A DNA stretch of 64,000 nucleotides from Anaeromyxobacteraceae bacterium (GCA_047602405.1 JASGHJ010000001.1:1824001-1888000); one strand, 5' to 3'; counted from the first letter of the stretch, positions 9,302-20,607 are shown. Notes: generated from the letters alone by a model not told the origin. Numbers and translations: made by a program.

Positions 9302-10879
9302 CTACCGCGCCCTGCAGGCCGACACCTCGGTGCGCGCGGCGGAGAGCGCCTCCCGGGGCGGCGCGGACAGGTGCTCCGGCGCCTGGGGCTCCGGCGGCCG
9401 GTCCGGGCACCGGCGGGTGTGGCAGGCCTCGGCGCGCGCGAGCGCCGCCCGTGCGGCGGGACACTGGCCCTGCGCCGCGAGGGCCCGGGCGAGGGTGAGG
9501 TTGCCGCGCACGCTCCAGGGCACCCCCTTCACGACGGAAGTTGCGAGCGCCGCCGCGTCGGCCGGGCGCCCCATTTCGAGGCGGAGCTCGGCGGCGCGCA
9601 GCTCGACCACCGGGTCGCCCTTCCCGAGCGCCACCGCCTTGTCCGTGGCGGCGTCCCGTTCGGCGCCCGCGGGGAGCGCCGCCGCGAGCAACACCCACGC
9701 GCGCGCGTCCCCGGGCCCCTTCTCCACCGCGAGCCGGGCGGCGGTCGCCACACCCTCGGGTCCGGCGAGCTCCGCCTTCGCGACCAGCGCCGCGGCGTGT
9801 CCGGGCGAGACGAGGAGCAACTCGTTCGCCTCGCGATCGTAGGGATCACGCAGGTCGATCCCGCGGTAGAGGGCCAGGCGGGCGGCGCGCGCGTCCACGC
9901 AGGACAGCGGCGCGCGCGCCACCGTGAAGGACTCCAGCTCCACGGGGTAGCCCAGCGCCTGGTAACGTTCCCGGCGGGTGTACTGCTTGAGCTGGGCGTC
10001 GAGCTTCTCGAGCCCCTCGGTCTTCCCCGGCGCGAGGTCGGGAAAGGCCGCGCTCCATGCGGCGCCCGGCTCCTGGTCACCCGCGAGCCGCTTCAGGTAG
10101 TCGTTGAAGGCGGCCGTGCGCGTCGTGGCGAGGAGGTGCGTGAGCATGAAGGACTGGTAGTAGAAGCCCACGACACGCGGCCCACCCTGCGTGCGGGCGA
10201 GGTCGAACACGTCGCACATGGAGAGCGCGAGCAGCTCCTGCGTCGGGAAGAGCTCGGCGTAGCGCTTGAGGTCGAGGGTCTCCTCGTTGGGGACCCCCAC
10301 CCAGGCGGTGTCCGCCTCCACGCGCGTCGCCTCGAGGTAGGTGGCGAGCCCCCGGGACAGCCAGGGCGGCGGGGCGGGGATCGCGAGGTGGGTGAGGACG
10401 TAGGCGAGGGCGTAGTTCGCGTAGAGGCGCTCCCGCGTGTCGAGCCCCTTGGGCTTCATGACGTTCGCCCGCGGGTCGGAGCCCCTGAGCTGCATGACGA
10501 TGACGACCTCGTCGTCGCTCGTCGCCGCGTAGGAGAAGGACAGGTAGTGGGCGAGCACGCCCTGGTCGATTGTCGTGTAGTAGGCGTAGGCGGGGAGCGC
10601 GAACGGCACGGCGTACACGCGCACGTGCACCGGCGGCAGGTTCTTGAAGACGCTCGCCCGCAACGCCTCCCGGGTCTGCTCCAGTCCGGCGGTGAGCTCC
10701 CGCGCGAGCAGCTCATCGAGCTCGGTCACGACGGTCACGCCCGGCGCGTCGTAGCGGGCCCACTTCGTCGGCTCGCCGGCGCGGCACTCGAGGCCGGTCG
10801 AGGGCCGCAGCGGCCCGGTCGCGCAGGCGGCGAGCAGGGCGGCGAGCCAGGGGAGGGTGCGGCGGGCGGCGTGGCGCAA
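9302..10879 (-). CDS. Lipoprotein with degenerate gluzincin/DUF1570-like domain and C-terminal TPR-like helices
   Basis: Lipobox LAAC; LAYVLTH...PWLSRGLATYLE; FYYQSFMLTHLL; TPR-like PGDARAWVLLA. Confidence 0.55.
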   Translation of the reverse strand: MRHAARRTLPWLAALLAACATGPLRPSTGLECRAGEPTKWARYDAPGVTVVTELDELLARELTAGLEQTREALRASVFKNLPPVHVRVYAVPFALPAYAYYTTIDQGVLAHYLSFSYAATSDDEVVIVMQLRGSDPRANVMKPKGLDTRERLYANYALAYVLTHLAIPAPPPWLSRGLATYLEATRVEADTAWVGVPNEETLDLKRYAELFPTQELLALSMCDVFDLARTQGGPRVVGFYYQSFMLTHLLATTRTAAFNDYLKRLAGDQEPGAAWSAAFPDLAPGKTEGLEKLDAQLKQYTRRERYQALGYPVELESFTVARAPLSCVDARAARLALYRGIDLRDPYDREANELLLVSPGHAAALVAKAELAGPEGVATAARLAVEKGPGDARAWVLLAAALPAGAERDAATDKAVALGKGDPVVELRAAELRLEMGRPADAAALATSVVKGVPWSVRGNLTLARALAAQGQCPAARAALARAEACHTRRCPDRPPEPQAPEHLSAPPREALSAARTEVSACRAR

Positions 10880-11006
10880 GGTCGGCCTCCTCCCGGCAAG
10901 CTAGCATCCTCCATCCGCTCACGGTGAAATACCGTCGGGGAGGGCCGGTCGGGTACACTCGGCGAGCTCGGAGAAGACCACGCCGCTCGTCCTCGACATC
11001 CCCACC

Positions 11007-11822
11007 GTGAACGTGGCCATGGGCGCCGTGAGCCTCGCGCTCGCGGCCGCGATGTTCGCGGGCCGCACCCAGCGGGTCTCTCCGGGCTACGGGCTGTGGG
11101 TCGCCGGCAACGTGGGGCTGGCGCTCTCGCAGGTCGTGCTCGCGCTGCAGGGCCTGGCGGTCCCGCCGGCGAGCGTGGTCCTCTCGAACGTCCTCGTGAC
11201 CGCCAGGTTCATCCTGGACACCGGGGGCCTCGAGCGCTTCACGGGTCGGGAGCCGCGGTGGATGACCCACGCGGCGGGGCTCGCCGCCGCGGCCGTGATC
11301 TCGGCGGTCTTCACGCTCGTCGTCCCGGCACCCGCCGTCCGCGCCTGGACGCTGACGGGCCTGTGCACGGCCTGGACCTTCTGGGCGCTCGCGCTCGTCG
11401 TCCGGGACGTCCCGCGGCAGCTCGGCGCGCCCTCCCGGCTCGCGGCGGCGGCGTTCGGGCTCGAGGCGTTCTGGTCGGCGGTGCGGATGATCCACCTGGC
11501 CGCCGCGGCGGGCGGCGATCCCGCGGGGCCCGCCGAGACCAACTGGCAGGGGACCTTCTTCGTCGTCTTCACGGCGCTCACGGTGGTGACGACGGTCGCG
11601 CTGATCTCCCTGCACACGCGCCGGGTCGAGGTCGAGCTCGCCGCAGCCCGGGCCACGCTCGCCACCCTGAACGGCGTCGTGGTCAGCTGTCCGAGCTGCC
11701 GTCGCGTGCGGGACGGCGAGCGGTGGCTGGACGTCGCGGAGCTGGCGCGCGTGCGGCGGGAGGAGGATCCCGCGCGCGCGCTCTGCCCGGAGTGCAGCGG
11801 GAAGGTGTACGGGAGAAGGTAG
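11007..11822 (+). CDS. Multi-pass membrane protein with C-terminal CxxC...CxxC module
   Basis: About 7 TM segments, coiled linker, SCPSCRRVRDGERW...LCPECSGKVY. Confidence 0.65.
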   Translation: MNVAMGAVSLALAAAMFAGRTQRVSPGYGLWVAGNVGLALSQVVLALQGLAVPPASVVLSNVLVTARFILDTGGLERFTGREPRWMTHAAGLAAAAVISAVFTLVVPAPAVRAWTLTGLCTAWTFWALALVVRDVPRQLGAPSRLAAAAFGLEAFWSAVRMIHLAAAAGGDPAGPAETNWQGTFFVVFTALTVVTTVALISLHTRRVEVELAAARATLATLNGVVVSCPSCRRVRDGERWLDVAELARVRREEDPARALCPECSGKVYGRR

Positions 11823-11915
11823 GGGGCGCGAGGTGGGGAGGTCGGGCGCCTCATCCCGAATGCGGGCCGTCCACTCTCGCCTCGCCCATCGTGAGCGCCG
11901 GCCGCCCACCCACGC

Positions 11916-11964
11916 CCGCTCATCCTGAGCGTAGGCCTGCCGGAGGCAGGCCGGAGTCGAAGGA
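11916..11964. repeat. REP-like palindromic element
   Basis: CCGCTCATCCTGAGCGTA-GGCCTGCCggaGGCAGGCC-GGAGTCGAAGGA. Confidence 0.85.
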
Positions 11965-12142
11965 TGAGGCCCTCTCGGTGTGGGGATCCGCGGCTGGCGC
12001 AGGGCGGGGTTCTAGGTTCGAGCCCGCACCACGGTGAGGCGGTTGTGAGGGGGAGAGGGGCGGCTCGGATTCGTGGCTCAGCGGCGGGCGCGCTCGCGTA
12101 GCGGTGACTGTGGGTAAACCCATCAGGGACGCTCAGGGCCCA

Positions 12143-12187
12143 TGGACAGGTTCACCTCGCGTGTTATGGTGCTGAACGGACGTTCAC
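12143..12187 (+). promoter_or_regulatory. Putative sigma70 promoter followed by LexA-like operator
   Basis: TGGACA (12143) -16 nt- TATGGT (12165) with extended -10 TG; near-palindrome CTGAAC-GGAC-GTTCAC at 12172-12187. Confidence 0.55.
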
Positions 12188-12197
12188 ATGAGGTAAG

Positions 12198-13237
12198 CCT
12201 CAGCTCGCTGAGGAGCTCGCGAGCGGGCGACTCAACCTGTCCCAGCTCAAGATTGTCGGGCCGCTCCTCACGCCGGCGAACGTGACGGACCTGTTCGCCC
12301 AGGTGGCGGGGCTGTCCAAGGTGAAGACCCAGCAGCTCGTCGTCTCGATCCAGCCGAAGGTCGTTCCGGCGGACGGGATCGGAAGCTGCCCGCGCCGAAG
12401 CTCGCGACGGCGGCGTCAGCGGCTGGGCGGGGATCCGTCGCGGCGTCGGTTGCGGGTTCTGTCGCCACGCCCGCGGCGAGCGCAGACGCCCCTTGTGGGC
12501 CATCTCCGGAGATGGGAGACGGGCCTCTGCCAACCCGGCAAGTCCTCTCGCTCTCGGCTCCGGTCGCACCACCTCGCCTCGCGGCGGCGCGGCCTCCCGA
12601 CCGTGGCGAGATCGTGGCCGTTGCCAAGGACGACTTCCAGCTCCGGGCGCACCTGGACGGCGAGACGAAGCGGCTCTTCGATCAGCTCGCCGAGGTCGTC
12701 TCCCACGCGATCCCGGACCGCGCGCCGTCGAAGCTCCTCGCGATGATGGTCCGGGATTCGCTCGAGGCGCAGCAGCGCAAGCGGGGGCTCCTGAAGCCGA
12801 TGCGCGCGCGCAAGCCGGCGCCGGCGAAGTCGCCGACCCCGGGCGTTCGCCAGCCGGTGTTCGCCGAGGTGCGGCGGCAGGTGCTCGAGCGCGATGGGAA
12901 CCGGTGCACGATCACATCCCACGACGGGGAGCGGTGCCCGGTCACCGACGGATTGGAGATGGAGCACATCGAGGGGGCGCTCGTGACGGGGTCCTCGACG
13001 GCCGAGGAGCTCCGCGCCTGGTGCAAGCCGCACAACGGCTACCTCGCGGTCCTGAAGTTCGGGGCGGACTTCGTCGACCGGAAGATCGAGGGGGCGCGGG
13101 AGGCGAAGCGTGAGGCGAAGCGGGCGAGTGGGTCGGGGGAGGAGGGCTCGGAGGCGTCCGAAGCAGCCAACGGCGACGGCACGCCTCGCGATCCGGTCGC
13201 CGGTGAGACGGTCGCCGAGTACGGTGCCGCAGCCTGA
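12198..13237 (+). pseudogene. HNH endonuclease-domain protein (DUF222-like architecture), N-terminally truncated and frameshifted near 12380
   Basis: PQLAEELASGRLNLSQL...SIQPK in one frame, then a shift into the frame of 12512-13237 carrying EVRRQVLERDGNRC...DGERC...EMEHI...LRAWCKPHN; stop at 12189 with no start codon before the first segment. Confidence 0.65.
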
Positions 13238-13282
13238 GGAGGAGAGGCAGCCTCCGCGTGCCTGCGGCCGCGTCGGGGCGGG

Positions 13283-14611
13283 CTAGCGGACCAGCCGAGA
13301 CGCGTAGAAGCCGTCGGCGCCGTGCTCGCGCGGCAGCGTCACGAGATCGCCGTGCGCGTCCAGCACGTCCGCGGGGAAGCCGACGGGCGGCGGGGCGCGG
13401 CGGAAGCCCTGCGCCACGAGCGACGCCGTGACCTCCGGGCCCTCGGCCCGGGAGAGCGAGCAGATGGCGTACGTGACCGGGGCGCCGGGGCGGGCGTAGC
13501 GGGCGCAGCGCTCCGCGATCGCGCGCTGCACGGCGGCCATGCGCGGGAGGTCCTCGGGCTTGCGCCGGAGCTTCAGCTCGGGGTGACGGCGGAGCGTGCC
13601 GAGGCCGGCGCAGGGGGCGTCGACGAGCACGGCGTCGAAGCTCCCCTCCTCGAGCCCGGGCAACGGCTGCGAGGCGTCGGCCTGCACGACGCGCACGTTC
13701 AGGCCGCGGCGGGCGGCCTCGCGGGCGAGGGAGTCGGCCTTGCGCGGGTGGACCTCGACGGCGACGACCTCGGAGCCGGGGCCGAGCAGCTCGGCCAGGT
13801 GGAACGCCTTCCCGCCCGGCGCGGCGCACGCGTCGAGCACGCGGGCGCGCTGGCCGCGCAGGTCGCCGGCGGCCAGCAGCGACACGAGCTGGGCGGCCTC
13901 GTCCTGGACCTGGAAGACGAGCTCGCCGGCGGCGCGGGCGAGCTCGGCCACGGAGCCGGACGCGAGCGTGGCGCCGACGGGGGACCAGCGGGTGGGGGCG
14001 ATGGACAGGCCGGCGGCCTGCACGCGTTCGACGAGCGCGTCGCGCCCGGTGGACCGGACGGTCAGCGGCGCGGGGCGGTTCATCGCGGCGGCGAGGGCGA
14101 GCGCCGCCTCCGGCCCCAGCCACGCCACCCACTCCTCGGCGAGCCAGCGCGGCAAGGACTCCGCGGCGGCCACGTGGCCGGCGGGGTCGGCGTCGAGCGG
14201 AGGCGGCGCGGGGAGCTCGGGCTTCCGCGCCAGCGCGCGGAGCACGGCGTTCACGAAGCCGGAGGCGCGGCCGTGGTCCACGCCGCGGGCGAGCGTCACC
14301 GCCTCGCCGACGGCGGCGTGCGGCGGCGTGCGGAGGAACAGCAGCTCGTAGGCGCCCATCCGGAGCGCGACGCGCGCGGCGGGGTCGGCGGACGCGAGCG
14401 GCCGGTTGGCGTGCGGCGCGAGCGCGGCGTCGAGCGTGAGCGCGCGGCGGAGCGTGCCGTAGACGAGCTCGGTCGCGAGCCCCGCGTCGCGCGGATCGAG
14501 CGCGCCCGCGGCGCCGAGCGCGGCGTCGAGCGCGCGCGAGGCGTAGGCGCCGCCCTCCTCCACGCGGCGGAGCACCTCGAAGGCGACCTTGCGTCCGCTC
14601 GGGCCGGCCAT
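13283..14611 (-). CDS. rsmB: 16S rRNA m5C967 methyltransferase RsmB (NusB-like N-terminal domain)
   Basis: ELVYGTLR, FVNAVLR, QVQDEAAQL, LDACAAPGGK, LVDAPCAGLGTLRRHPE, YAICS; adjacent to fmt. Confidence 0.92.
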   Translation of the reverse strand: MAGPSGRKVAFEVLRRVEEGGAYASRALDAALGAAGALDPRDAGLATELVYGTLRRALTLDAALAPHANRPLASADPAARVALRMGAYELLFLRTPPHAAVGEAVTLARGVDHGRASGFVNAVLRALARKPELPAPPPLDADPAGHVAAAESLPRWLAEEWVAWLGPEAALALAAAMNRPAPLTVRSTGRDALVERVQAAGLSIAPTRWSPVGATLASGSVAELARAAGELVFQVQDEAAQLVSLLAAGDLRGQRARVLDACAAPGGKAFHLAELLGPGSEVVAVEVHPRKADSLAREAARRGLNVRVVQADASQPLPGLEEGSFDAVLVDAPCAGLGTLRRHPELKLRRKPEDLPRMAAVQRAIAERCARYARPGAPVTYAICSLSRAEGPEVTASLVAQGFRRAPPPVGFPADVLDAHGDLVTLPREHGADGFYASRLVR

Positions 14612-15571
14612 CTACGTGCCCATCGCGAGCGTCCGGGCCCGCAGCCCGTTCGCGAAGTCGGCGGCCGCGACCGCGGCCTTGCCCTCGGGCTGCACCTTCG
14701 AGACGAGGAGCGCCGTCCCGCCGCCGCAGGCGACGAGGAGCCCCTGGCCCGGCACGGCGGTCGCGAACCCCGGCGCCGCGCCCGCGGGCAGCCCCGCCGG
14801 CGAGGCGGGGCGGGCCTCGACGAGCTTCAGGAGCTTCCCGGAGAGCGTCGTGAACGCGCCCGGCCAGGGCGTGAACGCCCGCAGGCGGTTCGCCACGACG
14901 TCGGCGCCGCGCGTGAAGTCCACGCGGCCGTCCTCCTTCTGGAGCGGGCGGGCGCGGGTGGCGCGGGCGTCGTCCTGCCTCACGGGCACCGCGCGCCCCG
15001 AGGAGAGGAGCGCGAGGCCCTCGACGAGCGCCTGGCCACCGAGGTCGGCGAGGCGCTCCGACAGCGTCTCCGCCGTGTCGTTCGGCTGGATGCGCTCCAC
15101 GCGCTGGAGGATCACGTGCCCCGTGTCGAGCCCCTCGTCCATCTGCATGATCGAGATCCCGGTCTCGGTCTCGCCGGAGGCGACGCTCCACTGGATGGGC
15201 GCGGCGCCGCGCCACCGCGGGAGGAGCGAGCCGTGCACGTTGACGGCGCCGAGCGGGGCGAGCTCGAGGAGGTCCCGCCCGAGGATCCGCCCGTAGGCCG
15301 CGACCGCGAGCACGTCCGGGCGGAGCGCCGCGAGGTCGGCGGCGAGCTTGCCGTCCCGGACCTTCTCCGGCTGCAGGACGGGTACACCGTGCCCGGTCGC
15401 CCACACCTTCGTGGGCGGCGGCCGGAGCGCCTGGCCCCGCCCGGCGGGCCGGTCGGGCTGGGCGACCACCGCGACGAGCCGATGACCCGCCACCGCGAGG
15501 GCGTCGAGGCCGGGGACCGCGAAGGCCGGCGTCCCCATGTAGACGACGCGCAGCGGGCGCCCGGGTTCCAT
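14612..15571 (-). CDS. fmt: Methionyl-tRNA formyltransferase
   Basis: YMGTPAFAV, QPDRPAGRG, NVHGSLLPRWRGAAPIQ, MDEGLDTG. Confidence 0.97.
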   Translation of the reverse strand: MEPGRPLRVVYMGTPAFAVPGLDALAVAGHRLVAVVAQPDRPAGRGQALRPPPTKVWATGHGVPVLQPEKVRDGKLAADLAALRPDVLAVAAYGRILGRDLLELAPLGAVNVHGSLLPRWRGAAPIQWSVASGETETGISIMQMDEGLDTGHVILQRVERIQPNDTAETLSERLADLGGQALVEGLALLSSGRAVPVRQDDARATRARPLQKEDGRVDFTRGADVVANRLRAFTPWPGAFTTLSGKLLKLVEARPASPAGLPAGAAPGFATAVPGQGLLVACGGGTALLVSKVQPEGKAAVAAADFANGLRARTLAMGT

Positions 15572-15707
15572 GCCGACGCTGTATAGCCCGTGTCACCCCT
15601 CGGGGACGAGCGAAGACCCGGGGGTGGGGCGGGCGCGTTGCGGGGAGGGCGGGTCGGGATAGAATCGGCACCCGACTCGATCAGGACCGGAGAACGAGGA
15701 GTCCCGC

Positions 15708-16352
15708 ATGGCAGAGGTACCCGCCGGAACGGAGGCGCCCGCGACGGAGCCGTTCCGCCGGCACTACCTCCTCGACCGAGGGTTCCAGCTCAAGTACGCC
15801 GCCGTGATGGCCCTCGCTGGCCTCGCGGTCGCGGTCGTGTTCGGCCTGTGGGTGCACCAGGCCCACGCGCAGGCGACCGCCCTCCTGGGCGCCGACGCCG
15901 AGACCCGCGCGCTCGTGGAGCGGAGCGACCGGGTGCTGCTGGTGGTGCTCGGGGGCACCGCCCTGCTCCTCGCGGCGGCGCTGGGCCTCCTCGGCGTCGT
16001 CATCACCCACCGGGTGGCCGGCCCCGTCTTCGTGATGGGCCACTACCTCAAGATCATCTCCGAGGGGCGTTACCCGCGGATGCGGACCCTGCGCCGCTCG
16101 GACGAGCTGCGCGGCTTCTTCGGCACGTTCCTCGAGGCGGTCGACGCGCTCAAGAAGCGCGATCGGCGGCACGCCGAGGTCCTCGAGGACGCCGCCCAGC
16201 GCATGCGGGCCGCCGTCGGGCGCTCGCCGGAGCTGATGCCCGCCATCGAGGCCCTCGAGGCCGCCGCGCGCGAGCGCCGCCTCGCCCTCGCCTCCGACTC
16301 ACCCGAGCTCACCCCCATCGCCGTCCCCGCCCAGAAGCAGGGCGCGGCCTGA
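15708..16352 (+). CDS. Two-TM HAMP-domain membrane protein
   Basis: YLLDRGFQLKY, two TM helices, THRVAGPV...LRRSDEL HAMP-like segment; no output domain. Confidence 0.7.
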   Translation: MAEVPAGTEAPATEPFRRHYLLDRGFQLKYAAVMALAGLAVAVVFGLWVHQAHAQATALLGADAETRALVERSDRVLLVVLGGTALLLAAALGLLGVVITHRVAGPVFVMGHYLKIISEGRYPRMRTLRRSDELRGFFGTFLEAVDALKKRDRRHAEVLEDAAQRMRAAVGRSPELMPAIEALEAAARERRLALASDSPELTPIAVPAQKQGAA

Positions 16353-16365
16353 TCCCGGAGCCCGC

Positions 16366-17964
16366 ATGCGCCACGCCCTCGCCGTCGCCTCGGCCCTCGC
16401 CCTCCTCGCCGCCGGGTGCGGCACCCCCACCGACCCGGAGGGCTGGGCGAAGCGCGCGGTCTCGCGCGCCCGCACCGACGAGAAGCTCGAGGCCGTCGGG
16501 AAGGTCCGCGCCCTCCTCGGCAAGGACAAGGACGGCAAGGCGCTCGCGACGCCCGAGCAGCGCCGCGCCGCCGTCGACCCGCTCGGCGAGCTCCTGAAGG
16601 ACAAGCAGGTGCCGGCGAAGGTCCGCGCCGAGGCGGCCGTGGCCCTCGGCGAGATCGGCGACACCCGCGCCGTGAAGGGGCTGCTCGACGCGGTCGACCC
16701 CTCGCCGCGCGACCGCGACGCCTCCGACCTCAACCGCCGGATCGCCGACGCCCTCGGCACCCTGAAGGCGACCGAGGCGGTGCCCTCGCTCGAGGCGCTC
16801 GCGAAGTCGGGCGACGGCTACACGCAGATCGCCGCGGTCGACGCGCTCGGCAAGATCGGCGACCCCGCCGCGGTCGACACGCTCGCCGACATCGCGAACG
16901 ACCCGAGGAGCGAGCCCTTCACCGCCCGCAAGGCCATCCTCGCCATCGGCCAGATCGGCGACGACGACAAGCACCTCGGCCGCGCCGCGGTGCTGAAGGC
17001 GATCTTCTCGCCGCGCGGCCTCTTCAACGAGGCCTCCTTCGCGACCTACCAGCTCGGGAAGGCGATGGCGGAGCCGCTCCTCCTCGTGCTCGAGGGCAAG
17101 GACGCGGAGCTCGCGGCCTGGGCGAAGGAGCAGGGCGTCCCGCCGGGCGCGCTCGCCGCGAAGGCGAGCCAGCTCCTCGGCGACGTCGGCGGCGCGGACG
17201 CGGTGCCGGTGCTCGTCTCGAAGCTGTCGTACACCGACCCCGAGCCGGAGGTGACCCGCGTCGTGCGCGTGTTCGTCGCCGACGCGCTCGCCCGGCTGCG
17301 CGCGAAGGAGGCCGTGCGGCCGGTGGGCGAGCTCGCCGCGGCCGAGAAGGACCCGCTCGTGCGCGAGCGCTACTGCGGCGCGCTCGCCCGCATCGGCGAC
17401 CCCGCCGCGCTGCCCACGCTGCGTGCCATGGCCGCCTCGGCCGGCTCGGCGGAGCTCAGGCTCGCGCCGCTCGTGGCGGTGTCGCGCCTCGGCGGGAAGG
17501 ACGACCGCGCCGCCGTGGAGGCCGCGAGGGCGAAGGACTGCCCGGAGGGCAAGTGCGCGAGCGACGGCATCAAGGCCGCCTACGACGGGATGCTCGCCCG
17601 GCTCGACGCCGCGGGCGCCTGCGGCGCGGACGCCGCCTGCTGGGAGAAGAAGCTCGAGGACCCGAGCGCCGCGGTGCGGGATCGCGCCGCGCTCGAGGTG
17701 GGCGCGGCGGGCAAGGCGAAGCAGGCCCCGGCGCTCGCCGCGGCCGTGGCGCGGCCGGTGAACGGCGACGCCGACGTCGACGCGCGCTTCCACGCGGTGC
17801 TCGCGCTGAAGTGGGTGCTCGCCCGGGAGCCGGTCGGGCCGGCCGGCGCGGACCTCGCGGGCCGCATCGACGCCGTGCTCGCGTCGGACCGCGGCCGCAC
17901 GCTCACCGCCGGGGTGAACGAGGACGCCCTGCGGGTGGCGACGGTGCTGCGCCGGGGGAGGTAG
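16366..17964 (+). CDS. HEAT-repeat lipoprotein
   Basis: Lipobox AAGC; repeated [29 protein letters not shown] units. Confidence 0.8.
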   Translation: MRHALAVASALALLAAGCGTPTDPEGWAKRAVSRARTDEKLEAVGKVRALLGKDKDGKALATPEQRRAAVDPLGELLKDKQVPAKVRAEAAVALGEIGDTRAVKGLLDAVDPSPRDRDASDLNRRIADALGTLKATEAVPSLEALAKSGDGYTQIAAVDALGKIGDPAAVDTLADIANDPRSEPFTARKAILAIGQIGDDDKHLGRAAVLKAIFSPRGLFNEASFATYQLGKAMAEPLLLVLEGKDAELAAWAKEQGVPPGALAAKASQLLGDVGGADAVPVLVSKLSYTDPEPEVTRVVRVFVADALARLRAKEAVRPVGELAAAEKDPLVRERYCGALARIGDPAALPTLRAMAASAGSAELRLAPLVAVSRLGGKDDRAAVEAARAKDCPEGKCASDGIKAAYDGMLARLDAAGACGADAACWEKKLEDPSAAVRDRAALEVGAAGKAKQAPALAAAVARPVNGDADVDARFHAVLALKWVLAREPVGPAGADLAGRIDAVLASDRGRTLTAGVNEDALRVATVLRRGR

Positions 17965-19294
17965 CGCCCGGAGGGGTGGGGGCGGCGGCCTTCCCGTCCC
18001 ACGCGCTCGGCAGGAGGCTGAAGGGCAGGAGCTTCGCGAGGAGCGGCAGGAGGATCGCGCCGCCCGGCGCCGCGAAGATCGCGAGCGCCGGGACCGCCTT
18101 CGCGAGGTCCACGAGCTGCTCGCGCACCTTCCGGCGCTCCTCGGGCGTGAGCACCCCGCCCGCGGCCGCCTTCGCGACGAGCTGGCCGAGCTCGCCGGTC
18201 TCCTTGAGCTCGGTCGCGAGCGCCTCGAGGTTGCCGGCCACGACGCCGGAGACCTTCTCGAGGACGTCGTCGGTCGCGGCCTCCCACTCCTCGGCCACCA
18301 CGGCCCAGTCGCGCGCGCCGCCCGCCACGGCGGGCAGCTCCTCCTGGCCGGCGTGCTGGGCGGCGGCCTCGAGCTGCGCCGCGAGCACCGCCGCGGCCTC
18401 GAGCCCGGTGGCGCGCGCGAACGCCTCCACGTACGCCACCGCCGGCGGGGAGAGCAGGCCCCGGCGCAGCTGCGCGAGCCGGAGCTGCTCGAGCAGGAAC
18501 GGCCGGCTCGCGGGCGGCGAGACGGCCGCGAGGACCTCCCCGGTGCGCGGCGAGCGGACCCCGTGGCGCGCGGCCCGCGCCTCCACGCGCGACAGCCCGA
18601 CGTGGGCGACCTGCCGGACGCGCACCGCGAGGTCGCGCTCGGAGGGGGCCTCGGCCGCGGCGAGCAGCCCTGCGAGGGCCTCGGCGACGAGCGAGGTCTC
18701 GAGGCCCGCGTGCGCCGCGTGGCGGGCGAGGGCGTCCGCGGTGAGCGCGCCCTCCCGGTGGAAGCCGGAGGCGACGCGCGCGAGGCGGCGCCGGAACAGC
18801 GCGAGCACCGCGGGCCGGATGGGGAGCCCGCCCGGCGGCTCGGCGGGCGGCCAGAAGCGCGCGTGCAGGACGCGCGCGGCGGAGGCGAGCGCGCGGGCGA
18901 CCGCGGCGTCGGAGGCTCCACCGGGCTCGTCCGGCCGGGCCGCGAGCGCCGCGGCGTGGGCGCCGCAGGCGGCCGCGAGGAAGGCGGCGATCTCGGCCCG
19001 CGCGCGGGCGCGGACGAAGGGGACGCCCCGGAGCGCGCCGAGGTCGAGCAGGAGCCCGACGTGCCGGCGGACCTCCTCGAGGAACACGGCCTCCGGCGTC
19101 GCGTCCGGCGCCGCCCGCCGGCGCATCGCCCGCGCGACCAGCACCCGTCCCGCCGCGGCGAGGTCCGTCGCCGACTCCGCCGCCTCGAGCACCTCCGCCG
19201 GCAGCCGGGCCCGCGCCTGCGCCGGGTCGTAGGCCTCGAGCTCGCCGTCGACGAGCGCCCCGAGCCAGCCGCGATCGGTGAGGGAGACGGCCAT
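17903..19294 (-). CDS. Protein with LETM1-like C-terminal motif
   Basis: C-terminal [38 protein letters not shown]...LLPSAW; ATG at 19294. Confidence 0.6.
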   Translation of the reverse strand: MAVSLTDRGWLGALVDGELEAYDPAQARARLPAEVLEAAESATDLAAAGRVLVARAMRRRAAPDATPEAVFLEEVRRHVGLLLDLGALRGVPFVRARARAEIAAFLAAACGAHAAALAARPDEPGGASDAAVARALASAARVLHARFWPPAEPPGGLPIRPAVLALFRRRLARVASGFHREGALTADALARHAAHAGLETSLVAEALAGLLAAAEAPSERDLAVRVRQVAHVGLSRVEARAARHGVRSPRTGEVLAAVSPPASRPFLLEQLRLAQLRRGLLSPPAVAYVEAFARATGLEAAAVLAAQLEAAAQHAGQEELPAVAGGARDWAVVAEEWEAATDDVLEKVSGVVAGNLEALATELKETGELGQLVAKAAAGGVLTPEERRKVREQLVDLAKAVPALAIFAAPGGAILLPLLAKLLPFSLLPSAWDGKAAAPTPPGATSPGAAPSPPAGRPRSPRR

Positions 19295-19347
19295 GGTGAG
19301 GTCCGGGGATGAGACTACCCCGGCTGCACGAAATGAGCGGGCCGCCT

Positions 19348-19395
19348 CCCTCGACTCCGGCCCGCCTCCGGCGGGCCTACGCTCGGGACGAACGG
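19348..19395. repeat. REP-like palindromic element
   Basis: CCCTCGACTCC-GGCCCGCCtccGGCGGGCC-TACGCTCGGGACGAACGG. Confidence 0.85.
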
Positions 19396-19406
19396 GTAGG
19401 AACCAG

Positions 19407-19507
19407 AGTCCCGACCAGTCCCGACCAGTCCCGAGCGTAGCCGTGGCCTGGGCTTCTCCAGGCACACCTCGACGCGTGAGCGAGGGAGGAGAGGGAGGAG
19501 AGGGAGA
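19407..19507. repeat. Short tandem repeats and partial REP arm downstream of recA
   Basis: AGTCCCGACC x~2.8 (19407-19434) running into REP arm CCCGAGCGTAGCC; GAGGGAGGA x~3 (19482-19507). Confidence 0.6.
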
Positions 19508-19530
19508 TGGGCGAATGAGGCGAAAGGGCC

Positions 19531-20607
<1,077 letters not shown>

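Noticed and set aside
12003..12031. GGTTCGAGCCC...CACCA resembling a tRNA 3' end or attachment site
   Set aside because: T-stem does not pair and no cloverleaf can be built; no integrase nearby.
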